From: Candidatus Eiseniibacteriota bacterium
Lineage (GTDB): Bacteria > Eisenbacteria > RBG-16-71-46 > CAIMUX01
NCBI GenBank assembly: GCA_020633975.1
Contig: JACKCR010000010.1
Coordinates: forward strand, 65,839-129,838
Direction of reading: 5' to 3'
DNA: 64,000 nt
This document shows positions 57,238 to 64,000 of the stretch, one piece after another. The position numbers and the translations under genes were made by a program. The notes under the pieces are model-generated. The model searched no databases. It saw nothing but the letters and a program-made list of their open reading frames with translations, and was not told where the DNA came from. Numbering within the stretch: position 1 is the first letter of the stretch; each line of letters opens with the position of its first letter.

Positions 57238-57905
57238 CAACCCCTCCAGGTCTTGTCGACGTTTCCGGTTGCCGCATCGACGAGGACGAAGAGCGACGGC
57301 AATCCTGGAGCGCGGTAGATGACGAGCCAACTGGTTCGCTCTGGCTTCTTCGGATCCGCGGCACTCCGGATGAGCACCATGTGCGCGAGTTCGCCCCCGG
57401 ACTCGGCCCGGAACTTCGCACCTTGCTTCTCTTCCGCTGCAGCTAGTGCGCGCTGGCTGTCGACCCAGCTACCGAGAGGCGGGGAGTCGAACCGGAGCGC
57501 AAGGTCCGCCGCCTGAACGACCTTTGCACCCTGCACCGAGTACCCACGCGACCGGTCTCGAGTCTGAGACCGGAACAGGTAGCCCCATCGACCCGCGCTA
57601 CCCGTGGCGTCCACCGGCTCGTCGTTCTCCACGTAGACGAGTTCCGCGTCGTCCGCCCACGCGAGTGCAGCGGACGTCGCCACCTGGAGCCCTTCACTCG
57701 CACTGATCGCGAGCTGGTCTCCAGCGAAGGCAGTACTGAGGAACGCGTCCGACTGCGGCGCCGTGGCACCGACCACGAGTGCCACCAGGCCTGCAGCCAT
57801 TCCGTAGACCCCACGGCGGATGCGGCGATGAGCGTCTCGCTCGAAGGCCGAGGCATGCGAAGGCAACGCCGAGACGGCGCTCGATCGGATCATCCCGTAC
57901 TCCAA
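57237..57905 (-). CDS. Secreted hypothetical protein.
   Basis: Signal-like GMAAGLVALVVGATAPQSDA. Contiguous with its neighbours. Confidence 0.4.
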   Translation of the reverse strand: MEYGMIRSSAVSALPSHASAFERDAHRRIRRGVYGMAAGLVALVVGATAPQSDAFLSTAFAGDQLAISASEGLQVATSAALAWADDAELVYVENDEPVDATGSAGRWGYLFRSQTRDRSRGYSVQGAKVVQAADLALRFDSPPLGSWVDSQRALAAAEEKQGAKFRAESGGELAHMVLIRSAADPKKPERTSWLVIYRAPGLPSLFVLVDAATGNVDKTWRG

Positions 57906-59072
57906 TCAGAAGAGCACCGAAGTGCCGAAGCTGAACTCGATGTTGTGATTCGTGCGCCGCGCCTGATCGAAGCCGGCGTCGAAGCGATAGCTGCGCAGTT
58001 CCCAGCGAGTAGCGGTCGTCTTGGTGAGGAAGAGCGTCGTTCCTCCTCCGTAGTTCCACGACGACTCGGTGCGTCCCTGGAGGATCGACGCACCGGCTCC
58101 GCCCACCAGGTACGGCACCATCTGGCGGCCGGGGAGGAGTTCGAGGCGCATTCCGAGGCTGTAGTACAGCATGTGGAAGTCTTCGGCCTCGAGGCTCAGG
58201 TTGAAGAGCGACTCCACCACTTCCGCCGGCCGATGAATGTGGGTCCAGGAGACGCCGCCCTCCACTTCCACGAAGTCCAGCAGGTAGTAGCCGATCCGTC
58301 CGCCGAGGGCGACAGAGTTGGACTTGCGGTCGTAGGCATATCCACCGGCGTAGCCGGTCAGCGTGAATGCGCCCGTCCGCGAGAAGAGGCGAGGATTCGG
58401 GCGCATCTCTAGATGGGAGAGATCCTCGAACTCCTCGCAGAGCGCCGAGTGCACCCAGCCGCTCGTCGTCTCGGAGAGCTCGACGCTGTACCAATCGCCC
58501 TTCTTTGCGAGCACTCGGTACTCGGAGCCCTTCGTCACGACCGCAACGATGGCGTACTCGTCTCCCGGCCCGCGGCGAAGCACGTTGTGGTCTCCACCAG
58601 TGAGCCGGACCATCGGGATCGCGTATCCCCAGCCGTCGATCAGCCGCGCGGGAGAGGTCGTGATCTCTTCAGAAGCGACGCTACGCGAATCGTTGGACGT
58701 CGAAGCGACGCTGCGCGAACCGTTGGACGTCGAAGTGACGCCGCCGGCCGTCGCGGGAACCGACGAGGACTCGGAGGAAAGGCGTGACTCGGCCGGAACG
58801 TCCCACGAAACCCTGGTCGCACGGACGTTCTGATCGACGTTCTGATCGACGTGCTCATCTGCGCTCGTCCCCACCTCTTGGAACCACTCGACCGGAGCGC
58901 CCGTAGTGCCCGAGTCGATCGGGTCGCCCTCTGCGCGGGCGATGCTCCAGGAGTGCACCAACGCGATCACGAGCGCCGCCAGGCGCAAAGGTGGGACGAG
59001 CCTCCATGACCGACCGCACTGACCGCCAAACAGCTCTCTTCGCAAGTCACCCCTCCTTGCAAACGCACGCAT
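57906..59072 (-). CDS. Outer-membrane protein with a bacterial SH3 (SH3b) domain followed by a C-terminal beta-barrel with terminal Phe. It contains a 33-nt imperfect tandem repeat at about 58680-58745.
   Basis: SH3b-like GSEYRVLAKKGDWYSVELSETTSGWVHSAL. The C-terminus ...NIEFSFGTSVLF ends in Phe. The repeat is TSTSNGSRSVASTSNDSRSVAS. Confidence 0.55.
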   Translation of the reverse strand: MRAFARRGDLRRELFGGQCGRSWRLVPPLRLAALVIALVHSWSIARAEGDPIDSGTTGAPVEWFQEVGTSADEHVDQNVDQNVRATRVSWDVPAESRLSSESSSVPATAGGVTSTSNGSRSVASTSNDSRSVASEEITTSPARLIDGWGYAIPMVRLTGGDHNVLRRGPGDEYAIVAVVTKGSEYRVLAKKGDWYSVELSETTSGWVHSALCEEFEDLSHLEMRPNPRLFSRTGAFTLTGYAGGYAYDRKSNSVALGGRIGYYLLDFVEVEGGVSWTHIHRPAEVVESLFNLSLEAEDFHMLYYSLGMRLELLPGRQMVPYLVGGAGASILQGRTESSWNYGGGTTLFLTKTTATRWELRSYRFDAGFDQARRTNHNIEFSFGTSVLF

Positions 59073-59074
59073 GC

Positions 59075-59722
59075 TCAGAAGCTCCAACCGAGTTCGGCCC
59101 GCGCCGTCCACTCGCCGAACGACTCGTCCTGGAACACGATCAGATCGCCGTCACGATGGGCTGTCTCCATCTGAAAAACGTGGTGATCGACGAGCGCACC
59201 GACGAACACACCTATCGGGAGGCGGTACTGTGTGCCGACTCCGGCGCTGCCGATCCATCCGTCCACCGGATCGAGCGGAACGTCGATCTCCTCTTGGCTT
59301 CCGGACGGGACGAACTGCAACGCTTCGGTCCCGTAGCTCAGCCGCATCCATCCGCCGCTTCCTTGCCCGTAGAGAGACCACCCGGCTACTTGTACGAGGT
59401 CGAACCGGAGCACCGCCTCGGCCGCGACCATCCGCGTGTCGAGGTCGAGCGACAGAACACCGGGAATCTCGACGGACTGCACGTTCGTCGTCGTCCATCC
59501 GCGCGCCCCTACTCCCAAGCGTCCGCGGCCGACGAGAAGCTGCGCCCCGAGGTTGGACTGGTCGTCCACGCTCCACTGATAGTCGGCGAAGTGCGGGTCG
59601 GGGCGCGTCGCCCCTGCGAGCGCCGACAGATCGACGTGGATCGGCAGCAGTGGAGCCGCCAGGACATCACGCGGACCGAAGGACGACGCGATGATCGTCA
59701 ACGCCAACGCTGAAAGTCGCAT
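59075..59722 (-). CDS. Small outer-membrane beta-barrel protein.
   Basis: Signal MRLSALALTIIASSFG. Alternating beta pattern. C-terminal ...RAELGWSF. Confidence 0.5.
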   Translation of the reverse strand: MRLSALALTIIASSFGPRDVLAAPLLPIHVDLSALAGATRPDPHFADYQWSVDDQSNLGAQLLVGRGRLGVGARGWTTTNVQSVEIPGVLSLDLDTRMVAAEAVLRFDLVQVAGWSLYGQGSGGWMRLSYGTEALQFVPSGSQEEIDVPLDPVDGWIGSAGVGTQYRLPIGVFVGALVDHHVFQMETAHRDGDLIVFQDESFGEWTARAELGWSF

Positions 59723-59748
59723 TCCGTTCGTGGACATGGCTTGCTCCC

Positions 59749-60327
59749 TCAGTTGCCTTCGGCCAGGACGTACGCGCCCGGAAGGATGTGTTCGTGCTCG
59801 AAGTCGCGAGCAGTGATGACGACGGACTCGCCGCCTCCCGGCTCGCGAACCTCTTCGACATCCCCGAAGTAGAAGACTGCGAAGGTCGCACCTCCTGCGG
59901 GAGGCACCGGAGTGTCACCGGGGAAGTAGAAGTCGACCTCCTGGATCAGTCGATCGAAGCCGGTGACGGAACGGCTGGAGCTACCGCTCGGCCCAGTCGA
60001 CTCGAGCAGCGCCGTGATCTGACGCGTCGTCGCGAGCCGGTCCGCTTCGTCACGTAGATCGACATCCTTCGCTCCGAGAGTCTCACTCGAGCGGATCTCC
60101 ATGATCAGGCTGCCGGTGAGGATGGAGCGGTAGGTGATCCGCCCGCGGACGCGGAGCGCAGGATCGTCCGTCTCTGGATCGATCGCGCCAGACTCCACTT
60201 CGACGATGTCGAGGCGGGTCCACTGATCCTCGATCTCGGGCGCACCGAGGCACCCCTGGAGGTGGGGCATGACGAGGAGGCACGCGAGCGCGAGCCATCC
60301 TCGCAGATGTCGTGCCGTGGCCTGCAT
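59749..60327 (-). CDS. Hypothetical lipoprotein.
   Basis: MQATARHLRGWLALACLLVMPHLQGC lipobox. Confidence 0.4.
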   Translation of the reverse strand: MQATARHLRGWLALACLLVMPHLQGCLGAPEIEDQWTRLDIVEVESGAIDPETDDPALRVRGRITYRSILTGSLIMEIRSSETLGAKDVDLRDEADRLATTRQITALLESTGPSGSSSRSVTGFDRLIQEVDFYFPGDTPVPPAGGATFAVFYFGDVEEVREPGGGESVVITARDFEHEHILPGAYVLAEGN

Positions 60328-60502
60328 ACGGAACGATCTCCTGCGTCTGTTTCGTCTCGTCCGGGAACGCGCCGGGCGCGCGCCCCCGTTCGCTATGTCG
60401 AGACAGTGTCGGTCGACTCGAGCCCGACTTCGGCTACTGTCCGGTTCTGCCAAACCGTCGAACTGGGCCCGCGGGCGCTGTCGACGGCCGATCGCCGCGC
60501 GT

Positions 60503-62173
60503 TCAGCGCAGCCGCACCATCCTCCCCTCCCAATCCCGATCGCCCGCGTGCACGCGATAGAAGTAGACGCCGGACCCGAGCTCGTTGCCTCGGTCGTCCC
60601 TGCCGTCCCACACCACGTCGACCGGACCGCCGGCGTGTTGCTCTACGACCGTGCGCACACGTCGTCCAGAGAGATCGAAGACCTCGGCTTCCACGAGACC
60701 GGACGTCCCGCTCGGGAAGGAGAGGCGTAGAGACACCTGATCGAGGAAGGGATTGGGGAACGTCCCTTGGAACTGCGCGGTGGTCGTGCCGAACTCCCCG
60801 ATCCACGCGTTGGTCGTCGCGATGACAGGAGTACGATCGGCATAGGTCGACCGCGCCTCCACTACCCATCTCACCGTTCCGTCCGTCGACTCCGACGGCC
60901 CGAGCTCGTCCTTCGCGAACGAGACGTCGCGGGCGCCCGCTCGAACGAGGCCGAGATCGCGTCGAGCGAGTGTGCGTCCAGAGCTGTCCTCGAGGCGCGC
61001 TTCGACTCGGGCGGCGTCCGTGAGCACGAACTGCGCACTCAGCGGGGTCTCCTCACGAACGGTGAGGCCGTCGACATCCACACCCAAGGTCCACGCCTGC
61101 ACACCGGTATGCTCACCCCACTCCTCGACGAGCAGTCCGCGGCCCTCGGCGGCGCGCGTCTTGGTTCCATTGCGGTGGTCCGTGGTGGTGACGAACGGCA
61201 CGTGGAAGCTCCTCGGCCGTGCACTCGCCGTCTCGTCGACCGCGAGGACCTCGAGGTCACTCGACCACTTGCTCACCCGGCCCTCGAACGGAGCGACGGC
61301 GTAGATCTGTCCGAACCGATCCGTCTCGAGCCCTGTCACGAGCGTGCCGTCGTGACGGACTTCCCGTCCCCACTGGAGCGTGGACCCGTCGTCGACCAGC
61401 TCGACCAGGCGACGGTTGTGTGCGTCCGCAACGTAGACTCGATCGCTGCTGTGGTCTCCGTCTCGACCCACGGCTACGGCCATCGGTCCAGCGAACCGAC
61501 CGACTCCGCTACCCAGCCCGCCGATCGCACTCGTACGTGCAAAGCCACTTCCTTCAACGCGCTCGAACCGACTGACCTGGTTCTTCCCCGCTTCGGCGAC
61601 ATAGACCCGGTCGTCCTGGGGATCGAACGGGGTTCCTCCATCCGATACCGCGACTCCGTAGGGCCGACTGACGCCGGTGATCTCTCCCACCGCGGTCAGC
61701 TCGAGACGGTCGAACTCCTGAGACGTCCGCAGTACCAGCACGCGATCGTTTCCGCTGTCGCAGACGTAGACGTTGCCAGAGTCATCGACCGCGAGGCCAC
61801 GAGGCGACGCGAGGGGACCGCCGCCACCTTCCGCACCACTCCACGCGGTCACCCTTCCGCTGCCGGTCGCAGTCACTACGAGACGGTTCCACTCAGGATC
61901 CGACACGACGACGAAGTAGCGCGACTCGACATAGGGGAAGACGTCGTAGACGTCGACGTTCCCTACCACGACGGAGGCGTAGGGCGTTCCGAAGAGCTCC
62001 CGCCCCATCTCCTTCTCCGCGACCCCCCGGTCGAACACATGGACACCCAGCTCCGGAGCCACGTCCTCGGACTCGAACGTCGCAGCCCAACCCGTAGAAG
62101 GCAGACATGCGACGAGGAGGGCAAGGAACGAGCTCGCGACGAGCGGCGTGGGGCTCAGAGTGTGGCTCTGCAT
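60503..62173 (-). CDS. Secreted NHL-repeat (six-bladed-propeller-like) protein with a C-terminal FlgD-Ig/T9SS-type sorting domain.
   Basis: Signal MQSHTLSPTPLVASSFLALLVACLPSTGWA. NHL-like PRGLAVDDSGNVYVCDSGNDRV, PYGVAVSD...RVYVAE and RVYVADAHNRRL. C-terminal GLVEAEVFDLSGRRVRTV...VVWDGRDDRGNELGSGVYFYRV. Confidence 0.75.
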   Translation of the reverse strand: MQSHTLSPTPLVASSFLALLVACLPSTGWAATFESEDVAPELGVHVFDRGVAEKEMGRELFGTPYASVVVGNVDVYDVFPYVESRYFVVVSDPEWNRLVVTATGSGRVTAWSGAEGGGGPLASPRGLAVDDSGNVYVCDSGNDRVLVLRTSQEFDRLELTAVGEITGVSRPYGVAVSDGGTPFDPQDDRVYVAEAGKNQVSRFERVEGSGFARTSAIGGLGSGVGRFAGPMAVAVGRDGDHSSDRVYVADAHNRRLVELVDDGSTLQWGREVRHDGTLVTGLETDRFGQIYAVAPFEGRVSKWSSDLEVLAVDETASARPRSFHVPFVTTTDHRNGTKTRAAEGRGLLVEEWGEHTGVQAWTLGVDVDGLTVREETPLSAQFVLTDAARVEARLEDSSGRTLARRDLGLVRAGARDVSFAKDELGPSESTDGTVRWVVEARSTYADRTPVIATTNAWIGEFGTTTAQFQGTFPNPFLDQVSLRLSFPSGTSGLVEAEVFDLSGRRVRTVVEQHAGGPVDVVWDGRDDRGNELGSGVYFYRVHAGDRDWEGRMVRLR

Positions 62174-62183
62174 CGTCGTCTCC

Positions 62184-63345
62184 TCAGAACTCGAAGTGAA
62201 GCCCGCTCTCGAACACGTTGGCCGAGAAGTTGGCATCGTTGAAGTAGCGCTCGTATCCGAATCCGATCTCGAAGGACGAGAGCCAGCGTGATTGGGGCGC
62301 GAAGACCCCGAGGTCCAGATCGAGTCGCGACCCGAAGAGATGCGAGGTCATGTCCCGCATCCGATAGTCCCCCGTGCGGTACCCGTCGATTCCGTCCGCC
62401 GTCTCGTACTCGGCCCGATAGAAGTCGGCTGCGGTCTGGCGGTAGTAGCGATAGCGATAGCGAACATCGACCCACTCACCGACGTGCTGATGGAGCTTCG
62501 CTCCCATCTCGTGCGAGTCGATCCCCCAGTCGTCCGCGTAGTAGCGATAGGCGAGCTTCACGCTCGACCCGTTCGACACGTACTGATTCACGCGGACGAA
62601 GAGATCGCGACGGAGCCGCTCGTCAGGATGGAGCTCCGGCTCCGGTCCGCCCCCTGCGTAGACGTTGCGGTACGGATTGTGCTGGAGCCCTTCGACCTTG
62701 TTCATCTCCGCTCCGACGCGAAGCAGCGTCGTGGGCGTGAGCACTCGCGTGACGACGAAGTGGCCGTGCGTCGTGTTTCGGTGGTCATCCGGAGTCGACG
62801 TATCCGCGTCCTGGAGCGGCTCGATCCGATCCCAGCCGTAGCTCACCCCTCCCGTGAGGACGAGGTTCTCTCGATCCATCTTCAGGCTGTACTCCACCGC
62901 GGCCTGCTGCGCGAAGTAGTCCGACTCGGTCGACACGTAGTAGCCGAGGTCGAGACCGCGGTAGGCAGCGGCCGCCTGGACTTCGTTTCGAACCTTGGTG
63001 AAGTCCTCGAACGCATCGGCTCCCTGGATCGGGCGGCTCGCAGTCGTCACGGCATCGATGGCGTCATCGCTGCCAGGAGGGGCCTCGACAGCGGGAATCG
63101 TCACCGCTTCGTGATTCACGTGCACGGAGACGTCGACATCGTTCTCGAGCGCGACATCGTAGAACCCATAGTGGGATACGACGTGGACCCGATCCGCGTC
63201 CGCGAAGAAGCGGAAGAGGTACTGCGCGTTCTGGTCCTCGCTCTCCATCCCGAGCAGGTCCGCTCGGGACGAAGAGGGGCACGCCGCCAGAAGCAGCGCT
63301 CCCAGCGTGGCGAGACCAGTCGATGTCGTCCTCGTCAGTTGCAAG
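62184..63345 (-). CDS. DUF3570-like outer-membrane beta-barrel protein. Its start overlaps the DUF4266 stop.
   Basis: Tyr-rich beta-strand pairs (KLAYRYYADDWGIDSHEMGAK, VDVRYRYRYYRQTAADFYRAEYE). C-terminal ...ESGLHFEF. Conserved neighbourhood with DUF4266 and a thioredoxin. Confidence 0.6.
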
Positions 63346-63577
63346 CACAGCCTCCACCGGCCCCACCGACACCGCCGGTCGAGCCTTCGCGAGCTTCGAG
63401 CCACTTCACTTCGCGTGCTTCCTCCGGAGACTCGGCGTCGAGCGAGAGGATTCGATCCGCCAGATGCTCCTTCTCGTACGCGGCGACGCTCGCACAGCCG
63501 GAAAGGATCGTGCCGAGAATGATCACGCCTGCGACGAGCACCATTCCGATTCCGATCGCACCGCCAACCGAACGCAT
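63335..63577 (-). CDS. DUF4266-like small lipoprotein.
   Basis: Lipobox ILSGC. The C-terminal GGGCACN resembles the characteristic G-G-G-C-G-C-N tail of DUF4266. Confidence 0.6.
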   Translation of the reverse strand: MRSVGGAIGIGMVLVAGVIILGTILSGCASVAAYEKEHLADRILSLDAESPEEAREVKWLEAREGSTGGVGGAGGGCACN

Positions 63578-63691
63578 CTTCGACTCCCCTTTCCTCTTGA
63601 ATCTCCGCCTGCCCTTGGACATCGCCTCCCATCTCCTTCCGGAGCTGTCCCTAGCTCCACTCGACTCCGTTCCGGAGCCTTCCCCCATTTC

Positions 63692-64000
63692 TTAGTGACT
63701 AGCCACCGCACCCTTCGACTGGACGAGCCCGACGAGGTGCGCACGCAGTCTCGCCAACTCCTCCTCGCTCGAGCCGGTGGTGGCAAACGTGACCCGGCCC
63801 TGCCGGTCGACGACGAACGTGCTCGGAATACTCGGCAAAGCCAGGGACTCCGCGAGCCCTTCCGGACCGTCCAAGAACACCGGCAGATGAATCTCCTGCT
63901 GCTCGACAAAGCGACGCGCCTTGGCTGGGTCGCTATCGATCGAGATCGCCGCGAAGCGAACGCCACGCGGGCCGAGTTCGGCGGCGAGGTCGTCGAGGAG
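63692..64000 (-). CDS. TlpA-like thioredoxin-fold thiol:disulfide oxidoreductase, C-terminal part. The N-terminus lies beyond the window edge.
   Basis: LPVFLDGPEGLAESLALPSIPSTFVVDRQGRVTFATTG is typical of the TlpA/ResA C-terminal region. Confidence 0.55.
   Translation of the reverse strand, partial: LLDDLAAELGPRGVRFAAISIDSDPAKARRFVEQQEIHLPVFLDGPEGLAESLALPSIPSTFVVDRQGRVTFATTGSSEEELARLRAHLVGLVQSKGAVASH

Overview
This is a GC-rich (roughly 68-70 %) bacterial chromosomal segment with about 48 tightly packed genes and no rRNA, tRNA, CRISPR array or obvious transposon. Most six-frame ORFs that lie antisense to or overlap the genes below are GC-driven artefacts. The taxonomic source is unknown. Three secreted proteins carry FlgD-Ig/T9SS-type C-terminal sorting domains, which suggests a Gemmatimonadota/FCB-like or candidate-phylum organism.

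The main features are:
- **Giant multiheme cytochrome (64..6138, +).** A ~2,030-aa c-type cytochrome with about 85 CxxCH heme-binding motifs, built from about 28 tandem ~67-aa c7-like triheme modules. Each module has three extra conserved His residues, consistent with bis-His ligation.
- **Partners of the cytochrome.** It is followed by a predicted outer-membrane beta-barrel (C-terminal Phe) and a membrane-anchored 2x[4Fe-4S] ferredoxin fused to an FAD/NAD(P) oxidoreductase. Together these look like a candidate porin-cytochrome extracellular electron-transfer module.
- **Giant surface protein (11119..16407).** It has a glycoside-hydrolase-like N-terminus, about 10 FN3-like domains, an 11x 21-nt acidic tandem repeat and a C-terminal FlgD-Ig/T9SS-type sorting domain. 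The same C-terminal domain ends a YVTN beta-propeller protein and an NHL-repeat protein.
- **Signalling operon (21641..28306).** A class I LysRS paralogue with degenerate HIGH and KMSKS motifs sits with a solute-binding protein, a divergent aldehyde dehydrogenase, a histidine kinase and a REC-HATPase protein.
- **Long minus-strand operon (about 59111..47373).** Outer-membrane beta-barrels, a ~1,585-aa TPR giant, a TPR lipoprotein, ExbB, two ExbD and a TonB-like protein with an AgmX/PglI-type C-terminal domain. This matches the Agl/Glt core motor architecture described in Myxococcus and elsewhere. Several junctions are ATGA/GTGA overlaps.
- **Other annotated genes.** MarR with an operator-like palindrome upstream of a DUF2339 membrane protein, xth, msrB, a YhdH-type quinone oxidoreductase, a hybrid sensor kinase, a sulfatase-like enzyme without the formylglycine motif, tandem GNAT, EAL-HDOD, and a DUF4266-DUF3570-TlpA cluster at the window edge.
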